Source of the DNA: an uncultured delta proteobacterium
Lineage (GTDB): Bacteria > Desulfobacterota > Binatia > UBA9968
Assembly: GCA_963728565.1 (NCBI GenBank)
Contig: CAVSLC010000010.1
Span: forward strand, 64,001 to 128,000
Length of the DNA: 64,000 nt
Reading direction: 5' to 3'
The translations under genes and the position numbers were made by a program. This document shows, piece by piece, positions 30,780 through 41,105 of this stretch. Below the pieces are notes generated by a model that saw only the letters and a program-made list of their open reading frames with translations, searched no databases and was not told the origin of the DNA. Every line of letters begins with the position of its first letter. Positions within the stretch are counted from its first letter, which is position 1.

Positions 30780-31810
30780 TGGTCGAAGCGGTAATGTTTT
30801 GGAACGAGCCTAACAACAAATCACATTGGGATTTTTCGCTCGATCCGGAGTGGCGTGTCTATGGCGAAATGGTCAAGCTGGCGGCGGCCGCCGTAACGGC
30901 TGAAAATCCCCGGCTTGTCCGGGTGCTCGGCGGCATTTCTCCCATAGACGCCGCTTTCATCCTCAATATGCAGTCACAGCACGTGCTCGAAAGTCTCGAC
31001 GCAGTGGCGGTTCATGGTTTTCCGCTGGATTGGAATCACTGGAATATTCATGAGTGGCCGGCAAAGCTCGATGAGATTCGCGCGGTGACGGATTTGCCGA
31101 TCTGGGTTTCAGAAGTCGGCGTCTCGAGCTTCGGCGCCGAAGAAGTTCAGGAGTGGGGCTTGCAGCGCACCGCCGATCTGCTGATCGGCCGCGCCCCGCG
31201 GATACACTGGTATAGCCTTTATGATCTGCCGCGCGCGTGGCCGGCCACGACACGCCATCGCGAGGCCGAGGGCTCATCATACTACCGCCACTTTTACATG
31301 GGACTGCTTCATGAGGACGGCACGCCCAAGCTGGCGCTCAAACATTTTCCGCCGTACACGCCCGAGCTCGGCATCTGCCAATGGTTTCATTTCGAGGATT
31401 ACCGGCTGGATCAAGCGGTGCGCTGGCTGCGCACACTGAATGTTCGTTATCTACGTACCGGCTTGAGCTGGTCAGACAGCCTGCGCCCGGGAGCCATGGA
31501 ATGGTTTGACCGGCAGATGCGCGCTCTCGAGGAGTTCGATGTCACTTTGACGATGTGCTTTACGCCGGAATCGCGCGGGGTCCAGCCGCACCATACCAGC
31601 CCGCCGCAGCGCGCCGAGGAGTTCGCCGATTTCTGCGCGCGTATGGTGCATCGTTACAGCTCGGCAGCAACGGCAACGAATGAATCGACCAGAAAGAAAT
31701 CCACTGCGGAGGGTGACTCATGGCCAGTAGAAGCCAATCCAGAACCGCCACCGACCACGACGAAATCCGTCAATGGGTCGAAGCCCGCGGCGGACGCCCC
31801 GCGGTCGTGA
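30779..31810 (+). CDS. Clan-A glycoside hydrolase ('beta-xylosidase'-like), circularly permuted
   Basis: FWNEPNN at the N-terminus, WVSEVG nucleophile, and LRTGLSWSD in the C-terminal third. Confidence 0.85.
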   Translation: MVEAVMFWNEPNNKSHWDFSLDPEWRVYGEMVKLAAAAVTAENPRLVRVLGGISPIDAAFILNMQSQHVLESLDAVAVHGFPLDWNHWNIHEWPAKLDEIRAVTDLPIWVSEVGVSSFGAEEVQEWGLQRTADLLIGRAPRIHWYSLYDLPRAWPATTRHREAEGSSYYRHFYMGLLHEDGTPKLALKHFPPYTPELGICQWFHFEDYRLDQAVRWLRTLNVRYLRTGLSWSDSLRPGAMEWFDRQMRALEEFDVTLTMCFTPESRGVQPHHTSPPQRAEEFADFCARMVHRYSSAATATNESTRKKSTAEGDSWPVEANPEPPPTTTKSVNGSKPAADAPRS

Positions 31811-32155
31811 AAAGCACCCGCGGCCGAGGGAATGATAGCGGAATTCTGGGCAGCGATTTTCCCGGTTACAGCGGCTCCGTTCCGGGGAGGAAATCTCGTG
31901 GGAGGAATTCTTCGAACAATTCCATCAAGAAAAACTCGCCCGGTGTATCAGGACACCACCGCGCGGGGGCAGAAGAGTAGTTTCCACAAGATCGTCAGCC
32001 GCGAGAGTGGGACCGGCGCGCCGCGCGCAAGCGTTCCGGCGCCGCCAAAATCAGCGCGCGCAGATCGACCGGCCGCAAAGCCGCTAACGCGCCTCGCGCA
32101 GCCGGTGACGGTCGATCTGGACGTTGGCATCGGCCGTAGCCGTTATCGTTCCTAG
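31720..32155 (+). pseudogene. Small conserved TDHDEIR-type protein with two or more frameshifts
   Basis: [18 protein letters not shown]...DFPGY / [15 protein letters not shown] / [20 protein letters not shown] lie in three different frames. Confidence 0.7.
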
Positions 32156-32194
32156 GAACCACGCAGCAGCTGTGCTGCGGCAGAATGACGCGAA

Positions 32195-32740
32195 ATGACA
32201 ATTCGTTTTTCTCTGGAGCTAGAGCTGGAGATTCGCCAATGCGCGCGCCGCGATTTGCGGCAACTCGAATGGTTCGGTCTTCATACCGAATATCGCCAAT
32301 TGATCGAGGAGGCTTTTCGACGTCAGCAAGCTGGCGAGGTGATGATGCTGGTGGCTGATCTCGACGATTTTCCGGTCGGTCAGGTATGGCTCGACCTGAG
32401 CGTTCGAGAAACCGATTCAGTGGGCGTGATCTGGGCACTGCGGGTGTTTCCGCCGTTGCGCAATCACGGCATCGGCTCCCGTCTGATGATTGCCGCGGAA
32501 CGATTACTGTTCGAGCGAGGTTATCGTTGGAGCGAGCTGACGGTGGATCAACGAGAGCCGCGCGCGCGCCGCCTTTATGAGCGCCTCGGTTATCGCTCGG
32601 CGGGTTCCACCGAAGGGTTGCTCAGTTACACTACACCGGAAAGAAAATTCGTGGCGCTGAATCTCCAACTGTGGATTTTTCGCAAGCGCCTGCGCCCGAG
32701 GGCAATGGAATGGGAGGTTTCTCAAACCAGCCGCGAATAG
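32195..32740 (+). CDS. GNAT family N-acetyltransferase
   Basis: LRVFPPLRNHGIGSRL and ARRLYERLGY. Confidence 0.9.
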   Translation: MTIRFSLELELEIRQCARRDLRQLEWFGLHTEYRQLIEEAFRRQQAGEVMMLVADLDDFPVGQVWLDLSVRETDSVGVIWALRVFPPLRNHGIGSRLMIAAERLLFERGYRWSELTVDQREPRARRLYERLGYRSAGSTEGLLSYTTPERKFVALNLQLWIFRKRLRPRAMEWEVSQTSRE

Positions 32741-32802
32741 TCTAGCAGGAAAGCAGCGCGGCCTTCAGGGGCTCACTGGAATTAACGAAACCTTGCGCAG
32801 CA

Positions 32803-33496
32803 ATGATGATCTTCTTCGATATCGATCAGACCCTGATTGACCAGCGGAAAGCCGAGGCCGCAGCGGCGCGCGAGTTGCTGGCGGTCTATCACGACTCACT
32901 GGGTCGAAATTATTCGGTGGTCAGCTTCTGCCGGATTTGGGATTTCTTGCGCGACAAGCATGCGCGCGCGTTTTTCGCCGGCGTCATTACCAGCCAAGAG
33001 CAGCGCCGGTTGCGAGTGCGCGAGCTGTTCGGTCGCATCGGTTGGGAACTCTCCGATCGCGAAGCCGATGACTGCTTTGCGCTCTACGAGCGGCACTATC
33101 GCCGGCACTGGACTCTGTTTGACGACGTGCTGCCTTGCCTGCACGGCGTTATCGCAGCACCCGATCGGCATCATTTCCAACGGCAGCGCCGAGCACCAAA
33201 GGCGCAAGCTGGCAGAAACCGGCATCGCGGCTTTCTTTGCGGTGACCGTGGTGTCACAGGAAGTGGGCGCCGCTAAGCCACATCCTGATATTTTTCGCGC
33301 TGCCTGCCGAATCGCCGGCTGTGCGGCCGAACAATCGATCTATGTCGGCGATCGCCTCCATGTCGATGCGCTGGCGAGCCAGGCAGCGGGCATGCGGGGC
33401 GTTTGGCTCGATCGACGGCGCACGCAACGCCCGGCGGCAGTGCAGGTGGTCAGTTCATTGACCGAGCTCTGCGCCGAGTTATGTGACGCGCCATGA
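32803..33496 (+). CDS. HAD family hydrolase, frameshifted near 33142
   Basis: FDIDQTL motif I; ISNG, KPHPDIF and VGDRLHVD after the shift. Confidence 0.9.
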
Positions 33497-34095
33497 CACG
33501 GTTGCTCTTTATCCGGCACGCTGCCACCGATTGCGTTGCAAGTCGTCTTGCCGGCCGGGACTCAAACGTGCATCTGAACGCTGCCGGCAAAGTTCAGGGC
33601 CAACGCCTGGCGCATTCCTTGAAGCAACTGCGGATCGGTAAAATCTACAGCAGTCCCCAACCAAGAGCGCGGCAGACCGCAGAGTTCTTGGCGGAGCTCA
33701 CTGGCGAGACTGTTACCATCGCACCGCAGCTCGACGAGATCGATTATGGCGAATGGACCGGGCAGAGCTTCGACGACTTGCGTGGCATCGCCCAATGGCG
33801 AAATTTTAATTCGCTGCGTAGCTGCACGCGCATTCCCGGTGGCGAGCTGATGATCGAGGTTCAAGCCCGGGTGCTTGCCCTGATGGAGATCCTGTGCCGG
33901 CGCCACCCGGCGATGACCATTGCGCTGGTCAGTCATGCCGACGTTATCCGCGGCGCGCTGGCGCATTGTTTGGGCATGCCGCTCGATCTTGTGCTTCGGC
34001 TCGAGGTCAGTCCGGCATCGATCAGCATCGTTGCCATGCAGCAGTACGGGCCGCGGGTTTTATGCATCAACAACACGGAAGAAATTAGTGACTAG
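33493..34095 (+). CDS. Histidine phosphatase (PGAM) family protein
   Basis: IRHAAT, SSPQPRARQTA and VSHADVI. Confidence 0.9.
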   Translation: MTRLLFIRHAATDCVASRLAGRDSNVHLNAAGKVQGQRLAHSLKQLRIGKIYSSPQPRARQTAEFLAELTGETVTIAPQLDEIDYGEWTGQSFDDLRGIAQWRNFNSLRSCTRIPGGELMIEVQARVLALMEILCRRHPAMTIALVSHADVIRGALAHCLGMPLDLVLRLEVSPASISIVAMQQYGPRVLCINNTEEISD

Positions 34096-35140
34096 TCACT
34101 TCGATAAATCGGCCGAACCTTGCTCGCGCATTGCTGACGCGTCACTACGGCCGCGAGTGGGATTTCTCGGCGTCGGCTGGATCGGCCGTCATCGCCTGCA
34201 ATCGATTTGCGAAAGCGGCGCGGTCGAAATCGCGGCGGTGGCGGATTTTGATACCGCTGCCGCAAACGAGGTTGCGGCGCAAATTCCCGGTGCGGTGGCG
34301 GCGCCGTCACTGGATGCTTTGCTCGAATTGCAGCTCGATGGTGTGGTGATCGCCACGCCGACGGCGTTACATGCCGAGCAAGCTATCGCGGCCCTGCAGA
34401 GCGGCACGGCCGTTTTCTGCCAGAAGCCGCTGGGAAGAAGCGCCGATGAGACGGCGCGGGTGATTCGGGCTGCGCGGCTGGCGGACCGGCTCTTAGCTGT
34501 CGACCTATCCTATCGCTTGGTTCGCGCCGTTCAAAAAATCAAACAGATGATCAGCGCAGGGGAGATCGGCACAATCTATGTTGCTGATCTTGTATTTCAT
34601 AATGCGTATGGGCCGGACAAAGCCTGGTACTATGACCGCAAGTTTTCCGGCGGCGGTTGCATGATCGATCTCGGCATTCACCTGATTGATCTGGCGTTAT
34701 GGATGCTCGATTTCCCTGCAGTTGAGAAAGTTTCGAGCCGCTTGTTCAGCCAGGGCAGACCGGTGCAGCGGGCTGCAGGCGCTCTCGAAGATTATGCTCT
34801 GGCGCGCCTGGATCTGGCGACCGGCGCGACCGTCAACCTGGCCTGCTCCTGGGGACTGCCCGCGGGCCGCGATGCGATGATTGGCGCATCTTTCTTCGGC
34901 ACCGCAGGCGGTTTGTCCGTAAAAAATGTCGGCGGTTCTTTCTACGATTTTCGCGCCGAACGTTTTCAAGGCACCAGTCGGATGCTTCTCGACCAGCCTC
35001 CAGATCCGTGGGGTGGGCGCGCCGCGGTTGCCTGGGCCCAACAGCTGAGCGCCGATCCAACATTTGATGCGCGGATTGAACCCGCGCACCTGGTCGCTGA
35101 AGTAATCGACGAAATCTACCGGCAGAATGTCTCGGATTGA
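34088..35140 (+). CDS. Gfo/Idh/MocA family oxidoreductase
   Basis: GFLGVGWIG, IATPTALH, CQKPL and DLGIH. Confidence 0.9.
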   Translation: MTSHFDKSAEPCSRIADASLRPRVGFLGVGWIGRHRLQSICESGAVEIAAVADFDTAAANEVAAQIPGAVAAPSLDALLELQLDGVVIATPTALHAEQAIAALQSGTAVFCQKPLGRSADETARVIRAARLADRLLAVDLSYRLVRAVQKIKQMISAGEIGTIYVADLVFHNAYGPDKAWYYDRKFSGGGCMIDLGIHLIDLALWMLDFPAVEKVSSRLFSQGRPVQRAAGALEDYALARLDLATGATVNLACSWGLPAGRDAMIGASFFGTAGGLSVKNVGGSFYDFRAERFQGTSRMLLDQPPDPWGGRAAVAWAQQLSADPTFDARIEPAHLVAEVIDEIYRQNVSD

Positions 35141-35158
35141 ACGGGAGGAATACTGCGA

Positions 35159-36289
35159 GTGGTGTTACCGACGCGGCCGATACTGATGACCGCCGATCCC
35201 ATCGGCGGAGTCTGGCAATACTCGCTGGAGCTTTGCCGGGAACTGGCCAAGAGAGACGTCAACGTGGTGCTGGCAACCATGGGCAGGCAGCTCGAGCGCG
35301 GCGAGCGAGCTTTGATTTGCGATTTGCAGAACGTCGAGCTGCGCGAGAGCAGCTACAAGCTCGAGTGGATGAATGAGCCATGGAGCGATGTGGAAGCAGC
35401 CGGCCAATGGTTGCTCGAACTCGAAGCGCGCTTTCAACCAAGCCTGATCCATCTAAATCAATATAGCCAGGGCGCCATTGCCTGGAATGTTCCGGTTCTG
35501 GTGGTCGGCCACTCGTGTGTTTACTCGTGGTTCGAAGCCGTCAAAGGCGCGCCGCCCGGCCCGGAATGGCGATCTTACCGGAAAGCCGTGCGATTGGGTC
35601 TGCAAGGCGCGGATTTAGTGACGGCGCCTAGCCGCTCGATGCTGTCGTCCTTGGAAAAACACTATGGACGCTTTGCCGCAGCAGAGCCAATCTACAACGG
35701 CCGCAGCGGCGCGCGCTTCGCTCCGGGGAAAAAGGAGGACTACATCTTTACCGCCGGTCGGCTGTGGGACGAGGCCAAGAACATCGCGAGCCTGAACTCG
35801 ATCGTCGGAAAGGTTCCCTGGCCGATTTATGCCGCTGGGGAGAGCCGCGCGCCCGACGGAAAACAGGCGCTCGTTAAGGGTCCCAAATTACTGGGCCGCC
35901 TCGATCCGGAAATGCTCGGGCAGTGGCTTCGCCGCGCGGCGATTTTTATTTTGCCGGCGCGCTACGAGCCATTTGGCTTATCCGCGCTGGAGGCTGCGCT
36001 CTGCGGCTGCGCTCTGGTTCTGGGAGACACTGAAAGCTTGCGCGAAATCTGGGATGACGCCGCGCTTTTTGTTCGGCCGCAAGATGCCGAGCATATTCGC
36101 GCGACGCTTGTCGAATTGATTGCAAACCCATCCTTACGCGAGGATTTCTCCCGGCGCGGGAGAAAACGGGCGGATTCGTTTACACCGGAGCGGATGGCCC
36201 AGGCGTATTTGGAGATCTACGCCAAACTGCTGCGAGCGCAACGCGGCCTGTTCTCGGAACAAATGACCCACGGCGAGTACCCATCATGA
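35159..36289 (+). CDS. Glycosyltransferase family 4
   Basis: MTADPIGGVW, AGRLWDEAKN and YEPFGLSALEA. Confidence 0.92.
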   Translation: MVLPTRPILMTADPIGGVWQYSLELCRELAKRDVNVVLATMGRQLERGERALICDLQNVELRESSYKLEWMNEPWSDVEAAGQWLLELEARFQPSLIHLNQYSQGAIAWNVPVLVVGHSCVYSWFEAVKGAPPGPEWRSYRKAVRLGLQGADLVTAPSRSMLSSLEKHYGRFAAAEPIYNGRSGARFAPGKKEDYIFTAGRLWDEAKNIASLNSIVGKVPWPIYAAGESRAPDGKQALVKGPKLLGRLDPEMLGQWLRRAAIFILPARYEPFGLSALEAALCGCALVLGDTESLREIWDDAALFVRPQDAEHIRATLVELIANPSLREDFSRRGRKRADSFTPERMAQAYLEIYAKLLRAQRGLFSEQMTHGEYPS

Positions 36290-37425
36290 ATATCGCTTTT
36301 TTTTATCATTCGCTGGTTTCGGATTGGAATCACGGCAACGCGCACTTCTTGCGCGGTGTCGCCTGGGAGGTTCAGCGGCGCGGCCACACGCTGCGGATCT
36401 TTGAACCGGCCGACGGATGGAGTCGTACAAATTTATTGCGAGAGCACGGCCAAGCGCCGATCGAGGCATTCCGAGAGATCTATCCCGGCTTGGGCAGCAC
36501 CTTTTACAATCCGGCAACTCTCGATCTGGATCGCGCGCTCGATCGGATCGATCTCGTCATCGTTCACGAATGGAATGACCCGGCGTTGGTCCGGCGAATC
36601 GGCGCGCACCATAGAATCAAGGGCGAATACCGCTTGCTGTTTCATGACACGCATCATCGGTCCGTTACCGAACCCGAGAAAATGGCGGGCTACGACTTGG
36701 CGGACTATGATGGTGTTCTCGTTTTCGGTAGAGCAATTGCGGAAATTTATCGTTCGCGCAATTGGGCCGAGCGCGTTTGGGTGTGGCATGAAGCCGCCGA
36801 CACGAGAGTTTTCATGCCGCTGCCCGATGAGAAAAAAGAGGGCGATCTGGTCTGGATCGGCAACTGGGGCGATGAAGAACGCACGGCGGAACTCCACGAG
36901 TTTCTTCTCGAGCCGGTAAGAGCGCTGGGTCTCAAAGCGCGCGTTTACGGCGTCCGTTATCCGGCAGAAGCATTGGCGGCGCTTTCAGACGCGGGTATCG
37001 AGTACGGCGGCTGGTTGCCCAACTTCCGAGTGCCCGTCACAATGGCCCGCTTCCGATTCACGGTTCACATCCCGCGCCGGCCCTACGTCAAAGCTTTGCC
37101 CGGTGTTCCGACCATTCGTCCATTTGAAGCGCTGGCCTGCGGCATTCCTCTGGTTTGCGCGCCCTGGGAAGACAGCGAACATCTATTCACCGCTGGCGAA
37201 GATTATCTGGTCGCCCGCGATGGTGCGGAGATGAAGCGGCAGCTGCAGCGTCTGCTCGCCGATCCTCAACTCGCCGGCCGATTGTCGGCGCATGGGCGCA
37301 AGACAATTCTGCAGCGTCATACCTGCGCCCACCGGCTCGACGAACTGATCGAGATCTACCAGCGCATCGATTCGCCGGTCCCATCAGATCACGCCATGGA
37401 GCAACCGCCCGAGAAGCACCTATGA
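36286..37425 (+). CDS. CgeB family glycosyltransferase
   Basis: HSLVSDWNHGNAHFLRG, FHDTHHR and RPFEALACG. Confidence 0.9.
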   Translation: MNIAFFYHSLVSDWNHGNAHFLRGVAWEVQRRGHTLRIFEPADGWSRTNLLREHGQAPIEAFREIYPGLGSTFYNPATLDLDRALDRIDLVIVHEWNDPALVRRIGAHHRIKGEYRLLFHDTHHRSVTEPEKMAGYDLADYDGVLVFGRAIAEIYRSRNWAERVWVWHEAADTRVFMPLPDEKKEGDLVWIGNWGDEERTAELHEFLLEPVRALGLKARVYGVRYPAEALAALSDAGIEYGGWLPNFRVPVTMARFRFTVHIPRRPYVKALPGVPTIRPFEALACGIPLVCAPWEDSEHLFTAGEDYLVARDGAEMKRQLQRLLADPQLAGRLSAHGRKTILQRHTCAHRLDELIEIYQRIDSPVPSDHAMEQPPEKHL

Positions 37426-38495
37426 AGATTGCGTTTTTCGGATCGAGTTTGCTGTCGGCGTACTGGAACGGCGCGGCAACGTATTACCGGGGAATTTTGA
37501 GCGCGCTCTTTGAGCGGGGGCATCGGATCGTCTTTTATGAGCCTGATGCTTGGGACCGGCAGCGGCACCGGGATCTTACCGAAACGCCCTATGCGCAGAC
37601 GGTGGTGTATGCGGTTGATGGGGAGTCAGCCGTTATCGAGATGGTTCAGAAAGCCGCGCGCGAATCGGATTTGTTGGTGAAGGCCAGCGGCGTGGGTGTC
37701 TTCGATGCGCTTCTGGAACAGGCTGTTCTGGAGTTGCGCCGCGCTGACAGCATTGTTGCCTTTTGGGATGTCGATGCCGCGGCGACACTGGAACGAATCG
37801 CTCGGGACGAGGCCGATCCGTTTCGCTCGCTGATTCCGCTCTACGATCTGGTTCTTACCTATGGCGGCGGCGATGCGGTGGTGCAGAGCTATCAGCAACT
37901 TGGCGCGCGGCGATGCTTTCCGATATACAACGCCTTGGACCCGAGCACGCATCATCCGGCGCCCGCCGATCCGAGCTATGACGGCGCGCTGAGCTTTCTC
38001 GGCAATCGCCTGCCGGATCGCGAGGCGCGGGTCTTCGAATTTTTTTTCCGACCGGCCCAAGCCAATCGGCGCATGCGCTTTATTCTCGGCGGCAGCGGTT
38101 GGGACGATGCGGTGCCGGCTTATGCCAATGTCGCCTATCTTGGCCACGTCTATACCGCAGCACACAATGCCTTCAATTCAACGCCCATGGCCGTTCTGAA
38201 TGTCTGCCGGGAAAGCATGGCGCGCTGCGGCTACTCTCCGCCGACTCGCCTGTTCGAGGTCGCCGGCGCCGCGGGCTGTCTGATTACCGATGCCTGGGAT
38301 GGTATCGAAGATTTTCTCGAGCCGGGTCGCGAGTGTTTAGTTGCCAAGGATGGCGACGAGGTCGGCGAACAGCTGCGTCATTTAACGAGAGCTCAAGCTA
38401 AAGAGATCGGGCAAGCTGCTTTGCGCCGAGTCCTCGGCGAGCATACTTACGCGCACCGGGCCGCTGAGCTGGAATCGTTGCTGCAGAGTCTATGA
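37422..38495 (+). CDS. CgeB family glycosyltransferase
   Basis: GSSLLSAYWNGAATYYRG, WDVDA and RLFEVAGAA. Confidence 0.9.
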   Translation: MKIAFFGSSLLSAYWNGAATYYRGILSALFERGHRIVFYEPDAWDRQRHRDLTETPYAQTVVYAVDGESAVIEMVQKAARESDLLVKASGVGVFDALLEQAVLELRRADSIVAFWDVDAAATLERIARDEADPFRSLIPLYDLVLTYGGGDAVVQSYQQLGARRCFPIYNALDPSTHHPAPADPSYDGALSFLGNRLPDREARVFEFFFRPAQANRRMRFILGGSGWDDAVPAYANVAYLGHVYTAAHNAFNSTPMAVLNVCRESMARCGYSPPTRLFEVAGAAGCLITDAWDGIEDFLEPGRECLVAKDGDEVGEQLRHLTRAQAKEIGQAALRRVLGEHTYAHRAAELESLLQSL

Positions 38496-39571
38496 ATACT
38501 CAATCGCTCAACATCGTGATCCTCGGTCTTTCGATTACTTCGTCCTGGGGCAATGGACATGCGACCACTTACCGGGCTCTGGTGCGCGGACTCGAACAGC
38601 GCGGCCATCGGGTTTTATTTCTCGAACGCGATATGCCCTGGTATGCCGCCGCTCGCGATCAAACCCATGCCCGTCGGGGCCGAACGTTTCTCTACCGCAG
38701 CTTGGACCAACTCAGGAAACGTTTTTACGATACGGTGCGCGATGCCGATCTGGTGGTGGTGGGCTCGTATGTGCCCGACGGCATTGAACTCGGGCAATGG
38801 GTCGTGGAAACCGCCCGCGGCGTCACGGCCTTTTATGATATCGATACGCCGGTGACTCTGGCTTCTGTGGAGCGCGGCGATTCATTTTACCTCTCCGCCG
38901 ACCTAATCCGAAAATATCAACTGTATCTCTCGTTTACCGGAGGGCCGATTCTAGAGCGACTGGAACGGCAGTATGGAGCGACAATGGCCCGGGCGCTGTA
39001 TTGCGCTGTCGATGCCGATTTATACAGACCACTGGCGCTGCCCACGCGGTGGGACTTGGGCTACATGGGCACTTACAGCGCCGATCGCCAGCAGGTTCTG
39101 CAACAACTGCTGCTCGATCCGGCCAGCCGTCGCCCTGATGCGCGCATGGTGGTTGCCGGCCCGCAGTATCCCAGCTCCATCGAGTGGCCTGCAAATGTCG
39201 AGCGCATCGAGCATCTGGCGCCATGCGCGCATCCGGCTTTTTACAACCAACAAACTTTTACCCTCAATCTAACTCGGGCCACTATGGTTGACGCCGGTTA
39301 TTCACCAAGTATCCGGCTGTTTGAAGCGGCTGCCTGTGGATGCCCGATCATCAGCGATTGGTGGGAGGGGCTGGATGCTTTTTTCAAGGTGGGGGACGAG
39401 ATTCTGGTAGCCGACTCGGCGGAAAAGACACTCGAATACCTTTTCGAACTAAGCGCCCAAGAACGTAAACACATCGGGCAACGAGCCCGTGAGCGCGTTC
39501 TCTCTGAACACACGGCATTGCGCCGCGCCGCGGAGCTTGAAGGCTACGCTCGTCAGGCGCTTGATTTGTAA
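38492..39571 (+). CDS. CgeB family glycosyltransferase
   Basis: GLSITSSWGNGHATTYR, YDIDTP and RLFEAAACG. Confidence 0.9.
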   Translation: MNTQSLNIVILGLSITSSWGNGHATTYRALVRGLEQRGHRVLFLERDMPWYAAARDQTHARRGRTFLYRSLDQLRKRFYDTVRDADLVVVGSYVPDGIELGQWVVETARGVTAFYDIDTPVTLASVERGDSFYLSADLIRKYQLYLSFTGGPILERLERQYGATMARALYCAVDADLYRPLALPTRWDLGYMGTYSADRQQVLQQLLLDPASRRPDARMVVAGPQYPSSIEWPANVERIEHLAPCAHPAFYNQQTFTLNLTRATMVDAGYSPSIRLFEAAACGCPIISDWWEGLDAFFKVGDEILVADSAEKTLEYLFELSAQERKHIGQRARERVLSEHTALRRAAELEGYARQALDL

Positions 39572-39610
39572 GCTCCTTGAATATCTCAGCGCTTCAGAGG
39601 TGCAAATGCC

Positions 39611-39640
39611 AAGCAGGGAAGCCTTGGCGCCTCCCTGCTT
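39611..39640. terminator. Hairpin between convergent genes
   Basis: AAGCAGGGA-N12-TCCCTGCTT, a 9-bp perfect stem; U-tract weak. Confidence 0.45.
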
Positions 39641-39733
39641 GTGTAGACTGATTGGTGCCGGTTAAGACCTGAGCCAAGTAGAGATAAACGCAACGCCACC
39701 GCGCTTATCACCTTATGACTTCGTACTCGACGA

Positions 39734-40615
39734 TCAGCTGCCGGAGGAACCACTGGATGAGCCACTTCCGGAGGAACCGCTCGATCCGTTGTTGGAACCG
39801 CTCTTGGACGAGCCGCCACTCGACGATCCGCCGCCGGAACCGCTTTTAGACGAGCCGCTGCCGGAAGCGTCGCTTCCCGATGAGCCGCCGGTGCCCAACG
39901 AGCTGCCTGACGAACCGCTGCTCGACGGGCTGGTAGAGGAGCCGCCGGAGGATGATTTGTCGCTGGACGAGCTACGCCCCGACGAGGAAGCTCCGCTTCC
40001 CGACGAGCTTTTGTCGCTGCTTGACGAAGCTCCGCTGGGCGATGAACTTTTTCCGCTCCCCGAAGCATCCACTCCAAGCGCGCTGGCGGTCTTATCGTCC
40101 AGGCGTCCAGTTGCCTGCATACCGCTCTCTTTTTGAAAGGCACGCAGAGCTTGCTGCGTTTTCGGTCCCATCACGCCGTCTGCCGGACCTGGATCGTGTC
40201 CTTTATTTTTTAGCGCTTCTTGAACCTGCTTGATGTTTTCGCTCGATTTTCCGCCCATTGCGCGCGCGCTGGATTGGCCGCTCATGCTGCCGCTGCCTCC
40301 TGCCCGATCCATTTGACTCCCGCTACCGGATCTGCTTGATCCTGTAGCAGAACTGCCAGCCGACCCACCAGAAGCGCTACCTGATCCTGTAGCAGAACCG
40401 CTCGATCCACCAGCCGAGCCGCTTTTATCCTGACTGCTTGAAGGCGACGAGGATGCGCCGCTTCCTTTTTGGCTCGTGGGCTTATCTGAACTTTCCTGTC
40501 CGGCAGCCCCTGGGGTCCCGCTCGAACTTTTTGTTTGTGACCATACCAGATTGCCGTTCAGTGCAATCGTGCCGCTAAAAACAATACCCGATAAAATCAA
40601 CAGTTTTCGATGCAT
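39734..40615 (-). CDS. Secreted Ser/Gly-rich protein with a peptidoglycan-binding domain
   Basis: Signal peptide MHRKLLILSG...; PG_binding_1 motif VQEALKNKGHDPGPADGVMGPKTQQALRAFQ; low-complexity S/G arms on both sides. Confidence 0.88.
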   Translation of the reverse strand: MHRKLLILSGIVFSGTIALNGNLVWSQTKSSSGTPGAAGQESSDKPTSQKGSGASSSPSSSQDKSGSAGGSSGSATGSGSASGGSAGSSATGSSRSGSGSQMDRAGGSGSMSGQSSARAMGGKSSENIKQVQEALKNKGHDPGPADGVMGPKTQQALRAFQKESGMQATGRLDDKTASALGVDASGSGKSSSPSGASSSSDKSSSGSGASSSGRSSSSDKSSSGGSSTSPSSSGSSGSSLGTGGSSGSDASGSGSSKSGSGGGSSSGGSSKSGSNNGSSGSSGSGSSSGSSGS

Positions 40616-40667
40616 CAGTTTTTTCTCCTTTTCTATGACCTTGTGGCGTTGCGTCCGTAAAGGATTG

Positions 40668-40683
40668 TGCAACCGATATGCCA
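40668..40683 (-). promoter_or_regulatory. Sigma-54 -24/-12 promoter
   Basis: Minus strand TGGCATATCGGTTGCA, about 53 nt upstream of ATG 40615. Confidence 0.78.
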
Positions 40684-41105
40684 CGCATGTAGAGATTAAT
40701 CTGTTGCATTCTCGATGCTGCTCCCTGAGGATTCGATTGTTACCGCGATTTATGTCCCAAACGCGGGTAAATCAGCAGCAAGTGCCTTGCGCAAATGGGA
40801 CGAGGTTCTCAAGTGGTTTGAACAAGGGAGTCAACAGGAATGTGGCTGATCCGGGTGTGCCGCGCTGCGCGCTTAGCATACCCGGGGTACGGTAGCGACA
40901 TCGGTCGGCAGTTTTTCAGGATCGGCAATTGGCGGAGACAAGGCTGCGCCAAACCTTGATGAGCTTGACGCTTTAGCTCGCGCGGGGGCGCGTGCCGAGT
41001 GGAACCGCGCAGATTAAACCCAACCTAGGAGTTGTGAAGTTCCTCGGTCGCAAGACCTTCTAGATCAAGGACGAGGATTGCAGACCGGTATTATGCTGGC
41101 ACGAA

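Noticed and set aside
39789-40136. ORF with LLDEPP/EPL repeats on the + strand
   Set aside because: Antisense shadow of the Ser/Gly-rich gene, which has the signal peptide, domain and promoter.
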